Shown here piece after piece: positions 18,519-28,746 of a stretch of DNA of 64,000 nucleotides. Each line of letters begins with the position of its first letter. The stretch's first letter is position 1. The position numbers and the translations under genes are program-made. The notes under the pieces were generated by a model. The model searched no databases. It was not told where the DNA came from and worked only from the letters and a program-made list of their open reading frames with translations. This DNA is from Candidatus Forterrea multitransposorum CG_2015-17_Forterrea_25_41 (GTDB lineage: Archaea; Iainarchaeota; Iainarchaeia; Iainarchaeales; CSSED10-239): the NCBI GenBank assembly GCA_009392915.1, contig CP045477.1, positions 416,001 through 480,000 on the forward strand. Reading direction: 5' to 3'.

Positions 18519-19175
18519 TTGGAGTATGATAAAGAAAAAATGGAAAAGGCAAATAATTTAGTTAAAATACTAGAAAAAAAAGAAATACCTATTGAAATAA
18601 CTAATTTTAAAGAAGAAACTATTAAAGAGTTAAATAATTTCTACAATTACAACATAAACCCTGATTTTAAAATCATTCTTTTAGATAAAAGAGAAGAGTT
18701 TGATATTATTTCTGGAGAAAAAACCAAAGATTGGATGATTGGTAGAACCATATATGTAATTGGAAAAATAATAATATTTAACATAGATGCAGTTGAAAGA
18801 GAAACAAATCACAAAAAAGAAGATTTTTATAAAACTTTAAAACATGAAATTGCACATCTTTATTTTTTTAAAATAAGCTCTAAAGGTCACCCTAAATGGT
18901 TAAATGAAGGAATGGGATATTTTCTTGCAAAACAAGACTATAAAGATCTTCCTTTAGAACAAGCAGTTGAAGCAATAGATCAATTTAATAGCTTTGATGG
19001 AAAACATTATCCACATAGTGCAAAATTAGTAAGATTACTAATAGAAAAATATGGAAAAGAAAAAATTATTGAATTAATTAACTCTTGGTACTATAAAAGA
19101 GATGAGTTTGAAAATAATTTTAAAGAGATATATGGTTTTAAGTTTACAAAAGAAGAGCTTATTAAAAATCTTTAA
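18519..19175 (+). CDS. Peptidase-MA-like (gluzincin) domain protein
   Basis: HEIAH (HExxH) is followed by PKWLNEGMGYF, which resembles the downstream Glu ligand context of the Peptidase_MA_2 family. Confidence 0.5.
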   Translation: MEYDKEKMEKANNLVKILEKKEIPIEITNFKEETIKELNNFYNYNINPDFKIILLDKREEFDIISGEKTKDWMIGRTIYVIGKIIIFNIDAVERETNHKKEDFYKTLKHEIAHLYFFKISSKGHPKWLNEGMGYFLAKQDYKDLPLEQAVEAIDQFNSFDGKHYPHSAKLVRLLIEKYGKEKIIELINSWYYKRDEFENNFKEIYGFKFTKEELIKNL

Positions 19176-19768
19176 TATTGTCTAATCTTATCAATATTAA
19201 GCTCCATAGTTACCTTATGAACCTCTTCTGTTAATTCCATATCTTTTAAAAGATATTTTTCAATAGAGGCATAGTCTTTCTTATGACAAAGCTCTGCAAC
19301 CATAGATCCATCAATATCATCTATTAAAGAAACACCAATAGCTTCTCCAAACTCTTTTAAGGTTCCTCTGCTTTTACCATATCTAAAACAAGTAATATAA
19401 TCTCTTAAGTCAAGTATTTCTTTTAAAGAAAAATGTTGTATCTTTACTCTATTAATAAAGCTTCTTGTAACTAGAAAAGAAATATCAAAACTTTTAATAT
19501 TAAAACCAACTATTCTAAAGACAGGATATTTTGTTTTAAAATCTTTAAAGTAGTTCCAGAACTTTTCTAAAAGTTCTTTTTCATTCTCTCCAATTAAAAT
19601 AACTGAATCTTTATCTTTTTCTTTAAGACCAATAGCTATAACTTTTGAATCAACTGGGTTAATTAGCTTTTGTCTTTCCTCTTCCTCTTTTTCAAAATAA
19701 CCATCAAAGGTAACAGGACAGGTTTCAATATCTAAATATAAGTAGTTCATATAGATATATGGTAGCAA
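19172..19768 (-). CDS. RNase H-like 3'-5' exonuclease domain protein (PolB-exo-like)
   Basis: YLYLDIETCP is an ExoI-type DxE motif, followed by GFNIKSFDISFL (ExoII-like) and a C-terminal Y..D-like segment. Confidence 0.6.
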   Translation of the reverse strand: MLPYIYMNYLYLDIETCPVTFDGYFEKEEEERQKLINPVDSKVIAIGLKEKDKDSVILIGENEKELLEKFWNYFKDFKTKYPVFRIVGFNIKSFDISFLVTRSFINRVKIQHFSLKEILDLRDYITCFRYGKSRGTLKEFGEAIGVSLIDDIDGSMVAELCHKKDYASIEKYLLKDMELTEEVHKVTMELNIDKIRQY

Positions 19769-19815
19769 AAATATATATCTTTATCTAAAGAGGGTATCTG
19801 GCCGAAGAAAGCTAT

Positions 19816-20352
19816 TTACACTTCTAAAAAATAAAAACAAAGATAATTTTCTTTTTCTTTTTTTCTCTTTACAAACTTAAAATTATTCTTTAAAATATTT
19901 ATTTTACTAAAAATATTCTTAGGGTTTACAGTAATTAATATCTTTTTACAACCTTTCTTCTTTAATATTTCAATTCTTTTCTTTATAAAAAAGTCCTGTA
20001 TTCCTTGTCCTCTATATTTAACATCTACAGCAGTTCCAAAAAGAAAAGCAGATTTTAACCCTTCTTTTTTTGAAATATTATATTTTTCAAAATCTTTTTT
20101 TACAGGAAAAAGATATCCACACCAAGAAATAATCTTATCTTTATCTAAAAGAAGTAAAAGTTTTCCTTTTTTTAATTTTCTTTCAAAATTTTCTTTACTA
20201 TGTAAAGGATAAAAATCTATAGTTGTTGTTTTTGCTATTCTTTTATCAAATAAACAAAGTGAAGGAATATCTTTTTTATTTGCAAACCTAAGTTTATATT
20301 TTTTTGAAATCATAATATCATAAATTACATGTATTTTAAATAATATATACAA
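19816..20352 (-). CDS. GNAT family N-acetyltransferase
   Basis: The acetyl-CoA motif A is VDVKYRGQGIQDFFIKKRIEILKKKG. The likely true start is the internal MISKKY at 20313. Confidence 0.65.
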   Translation of the reverse strand: MYILFKIHVIYDIMISKKYKLRFANKKDIPSLCLFDKRIAKTTTIDFYPLHSKENFERKLKKGKLLLLLDKDKIISWCGYLFPVKKDFEKYNISKKEGLKSAFLFGTAVDVKYRGQGIQDFFIKKRIEILKKKGCKKILITVNPKNIFSKINILKNNFKFVKRKKEKENYLCFYFLEV

Positions 20353-20490
20353 AAGCTATATTTTTAAACAAATCTATTTAAATAAATATATATGAAGTAA
20401 CTACTTTATAATTTATAAAAAAAGTTTTCTTTATTTATATTTTTCTTTTTAAGAGAAGAAGACTTTAAAAAAATACAAAAAAACATATTT

Positions 20491-22314
20491 ATGAGTGAAA
20501 CTAAAGAAAAAACAAAAAAAGTTTCTTACAAAGAAAGAATAAAAACTTTAAAGTTAATCTTAAAGTGGTCCTATAAGTCATCTCCTTCAATATTTATAGG
20601 TGTAATTCTTTTAACAATTGTAAGTGGACTTTTAGTTGTTGTAACTCCATATGTCTACAAAATCTTAATAGATTACTTAACAACCTTAGACCTTACAACA
20701 ACAATAAAAGTGACTTCTTCTATAATATTTTTATTAATCTTATATCTTCTAACTATCTTTGGAGTTTATTTTTTCAATGAAATGAACTATCTTCTAAGAA
20801 CTAAAATGTCTTTAAGAATAGAAAAATATGCAAGTAGAAAGTTAATGGAAAAAACAACTTCTCTTGATTTAGAATATTTTGAAGATTCTGAGTTTTATGA
20901 TAGTTTATATAAAGCAAATCAAGTAATTGGACAAACACCAGGAATTTTAAGAGACTTTGTTTCAGTTTTTAGATTTTTAATAGCATCAGCTGCAATATTA
21001 ATCTCTTTAATTGTATATGATATAAAAATAGCTATACTTGTTTTAATAGGAACAATTCCAACATTATTAGTTTCTTTAAAATATGTAAATGTAAATTATA
21101 TGGTGTTTTCTTCAAACTCAAAAGAAAAAAGAAAAGCAAAATATTATCTTAATTTAATAAATACAGATAAAAAGTCTGTTAAAGAAATAAAACTATTCTC
21201 ACTTAAAAATACTTTTTTAAACAAATTTGAAGAACTTTTCAAAAGTGCAATAAAAAGACAAGATAAAGCAATCAACAAACACATGTTACTTGTATCTTTA
21301 AGTATTCTCTTTAACATGGCTGCAATGGTTTTTGCTTTAATAATTTCTATAAACCTATTTATTAAAGGACAAATAACCATAGGAACTATAGTTTTCTTAT
21401 TTGCTTTAATTACAGATTTTTCATATAATGTAAGTGTTCTTTTTGAATTATTTGGATATCTTAACACTTCAGTAACAGAATCAAATAGTTTAAGAGAAGT
21501 CTTAGTCTATAAACAAAAAATGATAACAAACAAGAGAAAAGTTTTCCCAAAGAAACTAAAACAAGGAATTACTTTTAAAGATGTATATTTTAAATATCCA
21601 AAAACAGAAAAATATGTTTTAAAAGATATAAACCTTACAATTAAGCCAGGGGAAAATATAGCTATTGTTGGAGAGAATGGCTCAGGAAAAACAACCTTTA
21701 TTAAACTTCTAACAAGGCTTTATGATACTTCTAAAGGAAATATCTTAATTGAAAATAAAGATTTAAAAGATTATAATTTATCAGAGATTCATAAAAACAT
21801 AGGTGTTATCTTTCAAGACTTTGTACAATATGAAGTAACTGTTAAAGAAAACATACATTTTGGAAATATTACAAAATCACCTAAAAATATTCAAGACTCA
21901 GCAGTAAAATCAGGAGCTCATAACTTTATAAAAGACTTTGATAAAAGATATTTAGAAAATTTAGGAAGAACCATTGAAAAAGATGGAAAAGAACTATCTG
22001 GTGGACAATGGCAAAAAATAGCTCTTGCAAGAGCTTTCTTTAAAGATTCAAAGATACTTATCTTAGATGAACCAACAGCTGCAATTGATGCAAAAGCTGA
22101 ATATGAGTTATTTAAAAGATTTAAAGCTTTAACCAAAAATAAAACAACTATCCTTATCTCTCATAGATTTTCAACTGTGAGAATGGCTGATAGAATCATT
22201 GTTATGGATAAGGGTAAAATTGTTGAAGAGGGTAGCCATAAAGAACTTATGGAAAAGAAAGGTGTCTACCATAACTTATTTACTCTTCAGGCTAAAGGAT
22301 ATGATATAGAATAA
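20491..22314 (+). CDS. ABC exporter, fused transmembrane and ATP-binding domains (MsbA/type I exporter-like)
   Basis: An N-terminal six-TM domain is followed by Walker A GENGSGKTT, signature LSGGQWQK and Walker B ILILDEPT. Confidence 0.9.
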   Translation: MSETKEKTKKVSYKERIKTLKLILKWSYKSSPSIFIGVILLTIVSGLLVVVTPYVYKILIDYLTTLDLTTTIKVTSSIIFLLILYLLTIFGVYFFNEMNYLLRTKMSLRIEKYASRKLMEKTTSLDLEYFEDSEFYDSLYKANQVIGQTPGILRDFVSVFRFLIASAAILISLIVYDIKIAILVLIGTIPTLLVSLKYVNVNYMVFSSNSKEKRKAKYYLNLINTDKKSVKEIKLFSLKNTFLNKFEELFKSAIKRQDKAINKHMLLVSLSILFNMAAMVFALIISINLFIKGQITIGTIVFLFALITDFSYNVSVLFELFGYLNTSVTESNSLREVLVYKQKMITNKRKVFPKKLKQGITFKDVYFKYPKTEKYVLKDINLTIKPGENIAIVGENGSGKTTFIKLLTRLYDTSKGNILIENKDLKDYNLSEIHKNIGVIFQDFVQYEVTVKENIHFGNITKSPKNIQDSAVKSGAHNFIKDFDKRYLENLGRTIEKDGKELSGGQWQKIALARAFFKDSKILILDEPTAAIDAKAEYELFKRFKALTKNKTTILISHRFSTVRMADRIIVMDKGKIVEEGSHKELMEKKGVYHNLFTLQAKGYDIE

Positions 22315-22321
22315 TTAAAAG

Positions 22322-22392
22322 TCCCCTCAACCGGATTTGAACCGATTCTAAAAGGTCTACAGCCCTTTGTGCTATCATTACACCATGAGGGG
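22322..22392 (-). tRNA. tRNA-Tyr (GUA)
   Basis: The minus strand reads CCCCTCA-TG-GTGT..GCAC-A-AAGGG-CTGTAGA-CCTTT-TAGA-ATCGG-TTCAAAT-CCGGT-TGAGGGG-A. It folds as a cloverleaf with anticodon GTA. It has the C1:G72 pair typical of archaeal/eukaryal tRNA-Tyr and no encoded CCA. Confidence 0.9.
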
Positions 22393-22447
22393 TTTTTTCT
22401 TCTTTAATATTTCTTCTTTTTAAAAAAATAAAAAAAGAGGTCATCTT

Positions 22448-22709
22448 TTATCCTCTAAGTCTCACCATCTTCTTTCTCAAATCATCTGTATCCATAGCTA
22501 TGCTTATAAGGTTATTTTTTAAAAGCCTACTCAGGTTATGCCTAAGCGTTCTATCAGATATATTCAATGATTGATTTAATTGAGAAATAGAAATTGACTC
22601 ACGACTAGATAACTCTTCTAATATCTTTTTAGATGTTTTTGTAATAGGGACACTGGGTTTTTATCCTTTTAACATCACTTAAAACCCAACACCTTTTATC
22701 GTCGTTCAT
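22448..22709 (-). pseudogene. Small wHTH regulator gene interrupted by a +1 frameshift (or assembly error)
   Basis: The ATG at 22709 opens MNDDKRCWVLSDVKRIKTQCPYYKNI*. The adjacent frame reads KPSVPITKTSKKILEELSSRESISISQLNQSLNISDRTLRHNLSRLLKNNLISIAMDTDDLRKKMVRLRG* (stop 22448-22450) and has no canonical start. The two frames meet at an A5 run (GGATAAAAACCC). Confidence 0.35.
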
Positions 22710-22892
22710 AAATAAGTAAATAAAGAGAAAAGCTTTTAAAGACAAAGAAAGTGGCAATTATTTAATTTTGTCCAAGAAATATAGAAATTACCTTTATAGA
22801 GAAAAATACATAAAGTTTATATATATTATGTTTATACTATATAAATATATTATATATATGAAAACTTATAAACAAACGAGGTAGACTTAAAA

Positions 22893-25400
22893 ATGAAAAA
22901 AATATTTTATATACTTATAATCTTTATGACTTTATTTTTTGCAGGAAATTTATTTGCATTCACACCAACATTTTATGTGGGAGACGGAGTAACAGGACAA
23001 GCAACTCAATGCCTTACTCCTAATTACAATACAATAACTGGAGCATTAGAAAATATTTATAGTAACAATATTCCAAATTCACTAATAATTCTTTGTGAAG
23101 GAACATATAAAGAAGATGTGTTTCTTTCAAGTGAACTTGGAATTACATTAATGGGAGAAAATGAAAATGTAATTCTTGAAGGATTAGATAATGAAAATAG
23201 TGTAATTTCTATTTTATATGGAAAAAAATTTTTTCTAAAAAATTTAAAAATTAATTCTGATTCACTATATGGAATTTTTTCAATACAATCAGAAAACATA
23301 AATCTAGAAGATATAGAAATTAATCTTTCTTCATCAACAATTAAAGATGAAAATTCATCAGGAATAAATTTTTCTTATTCAGATAATGTAACATTAAAAA
23401 ATAAAATAGAAATTAATGTTAGTTCTAAAGATAAAGATAAAATAACAGGAATTACAATTAATAATTCTCAAGTTAGTTTAGAAGCTGAAGATTTAATTAT
23501 AGAAAACTTATTTTCAACAAATAATTCAGCAATAATATATGGACTTGAGATTATAGATTCAGAAGTAGATTTAAAAGAAAATATTAAAATAAAAAATATC
23601 AGTGGACTTGAAGCAATTGGAATTTTAATAGATAATTCAGAAATTAATAATACATCTCAAATAAGTATTAATTCAGAGAAAATAGATTCAATGTCAATTT
23701 CTAAAGGAATAGAAATTAAAAATAATTCTCAAATTAATATTAATGGAGATACAATAATTAATCTATTAGAAATAGGTAATGGAAATTCAGAAGCTTATGG
23801 TTTATTTTTAGAAAATACCCAAATACCTTCTTTTGGAGAAATTAGTCTATATGATATTAGAGGAGATTATATTTCTAAAGGAATTTACATAAAAGATACT
23901 GATGCTTTCTTTATAAAAGAAATAATCTTTTCAGAGAATAAAACAAATGATCAAACAACTTTTGTTGAGATAATTAATTCATCAGGAGATATTTCAGAGA
24001 TATATGATTCAGAAGAATCTTTTACAAATTATTCTAATTTTAAATATATACATCTTAAAGAAAATTCAGATATTAGAATTAATAAATTTAATATATATAG
24101 TGGAGATGCTTTCCCTGAATGTTTATATATTGAAGAAAATTCAAAAATAGAAATTACAAATGGTAATTTTCAAAATTGTCTGACAGGTTCTATAAAAAAT
24201 AAAGATTCTCAAATAATATTAAAAGAGACAAATAATTTTAATGAAAATAAAATTATTTCTTTTCAAAGTAATGATTCTAAAATAGAAGTTTACAAACCAG
24301 TAAACTTAAGTTTTTATAAAAATGGAAATAAAATAAACTTAGATTTAATTAAATTTTATAATGAAGATGGATATTATACAAATATATTTTTACAAAATAA
24401 ATCAGATGTAAAAATTGATTTATTATACTATAAACTTGCTTTCAATAATGGTATTGCAGATACTAAAGAATACAAAAGTTATGGGATTAAAACAATTTAT
24501 GACAGAATAAATGAAAATCCAGAATATATTTCTCTTGAAGGATATCAAGAAAATAGTTATAATATAGAAACACAAGAAATGCCTACAGAATTTATTGAAA
24601 TGAGAGCAAAAGATGGTGAGGCAACAGAAACTTCTAACCACTTTTCAGTAGTTGAAAAAGAATGTAGTGTTATTAAAAGTAATACCTATAAATGTTATGA
24701 TATTAAAAAATCAGATTCAATTAATGGTACAGATTATGAAATTGATTTTAAAATACCTGTAAGTTGGATAATTGCAAATGAACTTAAAGGAGATAATATT
24801 TCTCTTTACCATTATGAAAATGGAAATTATAAAAAACTAAATACAGAAAAGAAAGAAATGATTAATAATTATCAAAAATATACTGCAAATATTGAATCAT
24901 TCTCAGAATTTAAGATTGGAGGAGAAGAAACAACTGAAGAAAGTTCATCTTCTCAAACAAATGATTCATCAAGTCAAGATACAACTACAAATAATGATAC
25001 AAATACAGTAGATCAAAATAACAATACACCAGAAACACCAGATCAAAATATTACAACACCAGAAACAATAGATGAAAATAAAGAATGTAATATCACTTGT
25101 GATCCTGTTTATGAATATTTAGACATTGATAATTGTGAATGTATAGATATATCAGATAGAGTAGGATGTAGAATAGAGTGTGGTCCAGGATATACAGTTG
25201 ATAGAGAAAATTGTGAATGTGTAGAAATTGTTCTTGAAGGTGTTAAAACAGGAATTAAATTCTTTAATGGTGTTCTTTATATAGTATTAATAATTGTTAT
25301 AATAATACTAAGTATAATAGTATTTAAAAAGAAAAAACCAAAAATGAGAAAAAATGATACCCACAATCCTAAAAATAAAAAAAACACTAGAAGAAAATAA
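22893..25400 (+). CDS. Large surface protein: signal peptide, beta-helix-like N/S/I repeats, PGF-pre-PGF-like domain, T/N/Q-rich linker, Cys-rich modules, C-terminal TM anchor
   Basis: The signal peptide is MKKIFYILIIFMTLFFAGNLFA, followed by repetitive I-x-N-S/I-x-I-x-N segments. IDFKIPVSWIIANELKGDNISLYHYENGNYKKLNTE...FSEFKIGG matches the archaeal PGF-pre-PGF pattern. Two C..C.P.Y......NCEC modules precede the TM LYIVLIIVIIILSIIVF and a basic tail. Confidence 0.75.
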   Translation: MKKIFYILIIFMTLFFAGNLFAFTPTFYVGDGVTGQATQCLTPNYNTITGALENIYSNNIPNSLIILCEGTYKEDVFLSSELGITLMGENENVILEGLDNENSVISILYGKKFFLKNLKINSDSLYGIFSIQSENINLEDIEINLSSSTIKDENSSGINFSYSDNVTLKNKIEINVSSKDKDKITGITINNSQVSLEAEDLIIENLFSTNNSAIIYGLEIIDSEVDLKENIKIKNISGLEAIGILIDNSEINNTSQISINSEKIDSMSISKGIEIKNNSQININGDTIINLLEIGNGNSEAYGLFLENTQIPSFGEISLYDIRGDYISKGIYIKDTDAFFIKEIIFSENKTNDQTTFVEIINSSGDISEIYDSEESFTNYSNFKYIHLKENSDIRINKFNIYSGDAFPECLYIEENSKIEITNGNFQNCLTGSIKNKDSQIILKETNNFNENKIISFQSNDSKIEVYKPVNLSFYKNGNKINLDLIKFYNEDGYYTNIFLQNKSDVKIDLLYYKLAFNNGIADTKEYKSYGIKTIYDRINENPEYISLEGYQENSYNIETQEMPTEFIEMRAKDGEATETSNHFSVVEKECSVIKSNTYKCYDIKKSDSINGTDYEIDFKIPVSWIIANELKGDNISLYHYENGNYKKLNTEKKEMINNYQKYTANIESFSEFKIGGEETTEESSSSQTNDSSSQDTTTNNDTNTVDQNNNTPETPDQNITTPETIDENKECNITCDPVYEYLDIDNCECIDISDRVGCRIECGPGYTVDRENCECVEIVLEGVKTGIKFFNGVLYIVLIIVIIILSIIVFKKKKPKMRKNDTHNPKNKKNTRRK

Positions 25401-25791
25401 TATTAATTATTTTCTTTCTGGTGGATCTTCTCTTTTTTTAAGAAAAATAATTAAGAATACTAAGGATATTGATTTTTCTATAAAAGAAGAAGATTTAAAA
25501 AAAGCAAAAGAAGCTTTTAAAGAAGAAAAACTTTTAACTTCTAATAAAAAAGCAATTACATTCTATAAAGATGGATTTGAAATAGAACTACTTTTAACTT
25601 CTGAAAAAACAGATAAACTTTCAAATGATATTCTAGAAAAAAAGCTTTTTGATAAAATTAAGATTAAAAATGAAGAAATTAATTTAATTTCTTTAAAAAA
25701 TCTTCTTTCAATATATAGGTTTGTTTACTTAAGAGATGGTAAAGAAAAACATTTTGAAAGAATAAAGCTTATTGAAAAGTTATTAAAATAA
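25354..25791 (+). CDS. Minimal nucleotidyltransferase-fold protein (putative)
   Basis: FLSGGSSLFLRKIIKNTKDIDFSI fits the G[GS]-x(9-13)-DxD NTase motif. It overlaps the preceding gene end by 47 nt. Confidence 0.4.
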   Translation: MIPTILKIKKTLEENNINYFLSGGSSLFLRKIIKNTKDIDFSIKEEDLKKAKEAFKEEKLLTSNKKAITFYKDGFEIELLLTSEKTDKLSNDILEKKLFDKIKIKNEEINLISLKNLLSIYRFVYLRDGKEKHFERIKLIEKLLK

Positions 25792-25893
25792 TATTTTTAT
25801 TTGTATAATTATGCAAGTGTTTAAAAACCTTTTCTTACATAATTATATTACTTATTCTTAATAATTAACAAAAAAAATAAAAGGTGATTTAAA

Positions 25894-26544
25894 ATGACAG
25901 AAAATAGTTTTCCTTTAATAGGAGATAACTTACCAGAAATGAAAGTTCAAACAACCATGGGAGAAAAAAACTTACCAGTTGATTACAAAGGTAAATGGAT
26001 TGTTTTATTCAGTCATCCAGCAGACTTTACTCCTGTTTGTACAACAGAATTTTATTCTTTTGCAAAGAAAAAAGAAGAATTTGATAAAATAAATACAGAG
26101 CTTTTAGGTCTTTCAATGGATCAAGTTTTTTCACACATTAAATGGGCTGAATGGATAAAAGATAATTTAGATCAAGAAATAAATTTTCCAATAATTGCAG
26201 ATCACGGACAAATTGCAACTAAATTAGGTATGCTTCATCCAAGTAAAGGAACAAATACAGTTAGAGCAGTTTTTATAATTGACCCTAAAGGAATTATAAG
26301 ACTTATAATGTACTACCCACAAGAAATTGGAAGAAATGTAGATGAGATTATAAGAAGTATAAAAGCTTTACAATATGCAGATAAACATAATGTAGCAATG
26401 CCTGAAAACTGGCCAAACCACCCTTTATTAAAAGATAAAGTAATTGTTCCTCCTGCAAAAGATGTTCAAACTGCAGAAAAAAGAAAAGAAGAATATAAAG
26501 ATTCTTGCTATGACTGGTGGCTTTGCTATAAAGACATGGAATAG
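25894..26544 (+). CDS. Peroxiredoxin (archaeal Prx6-like thioredoxin peroxidase type)
   Basis: The peroxidatic motif is [11 protein letters not shown]. The C-terminal CYDWWLC pair is as in archaeal Prx. An AGGTGAT SD-like motif precedes the ATG. Confidence 0.95.
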   Translation: MTENSFPLIGDNLPEMKVQTTMGEKNLPVDYKGKWIVLFSHPADFTPVCTTEFYSFAKKKEEFDKINTELLGLSMDQVFSHIKWAEWIKDNLDQEINFPIIADHGQIATKLGMLHPSKGTNTVRAVFIIDPKGIIRLIMYYPQEIGRNVDEIIRSIKALQYADKHNVAMPENWPNHPLLKDKVIVPPAKDVQTAEKRKEEYKDSCYDWWLCYKDME

Positions 26545-26573
26545 TTAAAAAAATATAAAACAAAGATTTCCAT

Positions 26574-27017
26574 ATGAGATATTTAATAAAGATATTTAAA
26601 AGTAATTATTGCAAAATAGTTTTTTTAATATCTTTATTTTTATCTTATCTTCTTTTACCTAAAAACATTCTATCTTCATGGTATTTAATTTTTGGAATAC
26701 TTTTTATGATTACAATATCTTTAACCATAACTTGCCTGGTTAGAAATATTAAAGAAAAAATAGTTATTGCAAGAACTTATAAAAACTCAATAATTAATAT
26801 TATTCTTACAGTTCTAGGAATTTCTGCACTTCAAGTATGCGGTATTGGAGCCCCTGTTTGTGCAGCAACTGTTTCAGCTGGATTTCTTGGAACTATTTTT
26901 CCAAGTTTATTTTTAAATTTAAGTAAAGATTTTACAATTATTATAATTATTCTTTCAATAGGAATACAAATATTTTCTTTATACTCAATGAAATGTTTTA
27001 AAGTCTGTTCTAAATAA
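26574..27017 (+). CDS. Small 4-TM membrane protein with an intramembrane Cys pair, unknown function
   Basis: Four hydrophobic segments, with QVCGIGAPVCAATVSAG lying in a predicted TM segment. Confidence 0.45.
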   Translation: MRYLIKIFKSNYCKIVFLISLFLSYLLLPKNILSSWYLIFGILFMITISLTITCLVRNIKEKIVIARTYKNSIINIILTVLGISALQVCGIGAPVCAATVSAGFLGTIFPSLFLNLSKDFTIIIIILSIGIQIFSLYSMKCFKVCSK

Positions 27018-27921
27018 CTTTTTTAACCTGCCCTTTAGATAAATATTTAGGGTTTACAAATCTTTTTTTACCTGAAAAAGCAGAATAGTCTTCTGGAACT
27101 TTTAGATTTTTATTTTTTAATTTATTAATAGTAAAAGAGACTAAAGGATCCTTAAATTTTTTAATCTTTTTAATAATATAGTCATCAGTCTTATAGAAAT
27201 CTCTTAAATAAATTATTTTTTCACTTAAAGCTTTTTTTAAAAGATCAATAAAAAGATTATACTTATACATGTGAAGTTTTCCACCCCAATGATTCTCTGC
27301 AAAATATTTATAGTTTTTATAAAAGTTTAAAGCTGATTTTTTAGTATTAAAAATAATTTCATTTTCTACAACAATTAAATCATTTACCATTCTCTCTAAA
27401 GTATTTTTATCTTTTTTATAATAATAAAACTCTCTAAAAGTATAATCAAGCCTATCTGCACAAAGGTCAGGTGCATCTCTTTCAAGTAAAGGATAGTTTT
27501 TAAAATCAGAAATTTCTTCTAAACTGATTTTGTATTTTTTAAATATTTTAATTATTTCTTTATCTTTTTTTAAAAAACCATAAAAAATATTGTCTCCATG
27601 TGCTTCTTCTTGATTCTCTAGAAGATAATCATAAAGATGAGAAAAAGCCATGTGAGAAGCGTCATGCAAAAGACCAGCTATCTTTTCTTTTAAAGGAGCA
27701 TTAAATTTTTCTAAAAGAAGTAAAACACCCACACTATGTTCATATCTTGAAAACTCAATACCATAGTGCCATTTTTTAGGTAAACCTTGCTGTCTAATCT
27801 CTTTTAATCTTAAAATTACTTTTGACTTTAAAAGAGCTATTAGTACAGGTTCAGTTATTTTAAAAGAACCATAGACAGGATCTTTAATAATAACATAATT
27901 TTTATAAAAAGTAAGTTTCAT
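27010..27921 (-). CDS. HD-domain metal-dependent phosphohydrolase (COG1078-like)
   Basis: SRYEHSVGV, LLHDASHMAFSH and CADRLDY together form an H...HD...D arrangement. Confidence 0.75.
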   Translation of the reverse strand: MKLTFYKNYVIIKDPVYGSFKITEPVLIALLKSKVILRLKEIRQQGLPKKWHYGIEFSRYEHSVGVLLLLEKFNAPLKEKIAGLLHDASHMAFSHLYDYLLENQEEAHGDNIFYGFLKKDKEIIKIFKKYKISLEEISDFKNYPLLERDAPDLCADRLDYTFREFYYYKKDKNTLERMVNDLIVVENEIIFNTKKSALNFYKNYKYFAENHWGGKLHMYKYNLFIDLLKKALSEKIIYLRDFYKTDDYIIKKIKKFKDPLVSFTINKLKNKNLKVPEDYSAFSGKKRFVNPKYLSKGQVKKVI

Positions 27922-27985
27922 ACAATAGATATTATACTTTAAAAAGATTTAAAAAAAGAAGTATTTTTTCTTTTTTAAAAAAAAA

Positions 27986-28732
27986 TTATACTTCCATTCT
28001 TGAAAATAATTTACTTGCAATTACAACAGAAAATATCATAAGTGTAATTAATATAATAATACTAATAACTACTGAAAAAGAATTAATTCCAATTAAAAAA
28101 TATCTAATTAAATCAACAGCATAAGTTAATGGGTTTAAAGAAGTAATTATTGAAATTGCTTTTGGAAGATTATCTAAAGGAAATAAAGCCCCTGATAAAA
28201 AAAATAAAGGCATTACTAAAAGATTCATCAGTAATTGAAAACCTTGCATATCTGTTAATTTAGAAGCAATTGCAGTTCCAATTGCTGTAAAAAGAATAGC
28301 TGTAATTAACATTGAAATAATAGATAATAAAGCAAACCAAACATTAAATATCTTAAATCCAAATAATAAAGAAATTAAAAGAATAATTATTCCTTGCATA
28401 ACAGCAATTGTAGCTCCACCTAATACCTTTCCAATCATTATTTTAAGTCTTGAAACAGGAGCAACTAATGTTTCTTTTAAAAAACCAAATTGCTTATCCC
28501 ATATAAGTTCAATTCCAGAAAATATTGATGAAAATAAAACACTCATAGAAATTATTCCAGGAACTAAAAATTGAAGATAACTTCCTTGACCTGCTTGTTC
28601 AAAAACAGGACCAAAACCAAAACCAAAAGCAACTAAAAAAAGTAAAGGTTGTGCAAAAGATCCTATAACTCTAGATTTATTTCTATAAAATCTTTTCAAT
28701 TGTCTTTGCCATAGAATATATACTGTGTTCAT
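27986..28732 (-). CDS. ABC-2 type transporter permease
   Basis: 248 aa with six TM helices, immediately downstream of the cognate DrrA-like ATPase. Confidence 0.8.
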   Translation of the reverse strand: MNTVYILWQRQLKRFYRNKSRVIGSFAQPLLFLVAFGFGFGPVFEQAGQGSYLQFLVPGIISMSVLFSSIFSGIELIWDKQFGFLKETLVAPVSRLKIMIGKVLGGATIAVMQGIIILLISLLFGFKIFNVWFALLSIISMLITAILFTAIGTAIASKLTDMQGFQLLMNLLVMPLFFLSGALFPLDNLPKAISIITSLNPLTYAVDLIRYFLIGINSFSVVISIIILITLMIFSVVIASKLFSRMEV

Positions 28733-28746
28733 AATTAATTCAAATT

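Noticed and set aside
22315-22892. Integrated mobile element at tRNA-Tyr
   Set aside because: I could find no integrase, transposase or duplicated tRNA 3' segment in the window. Only the broken wHTH gene hints at past insertion.
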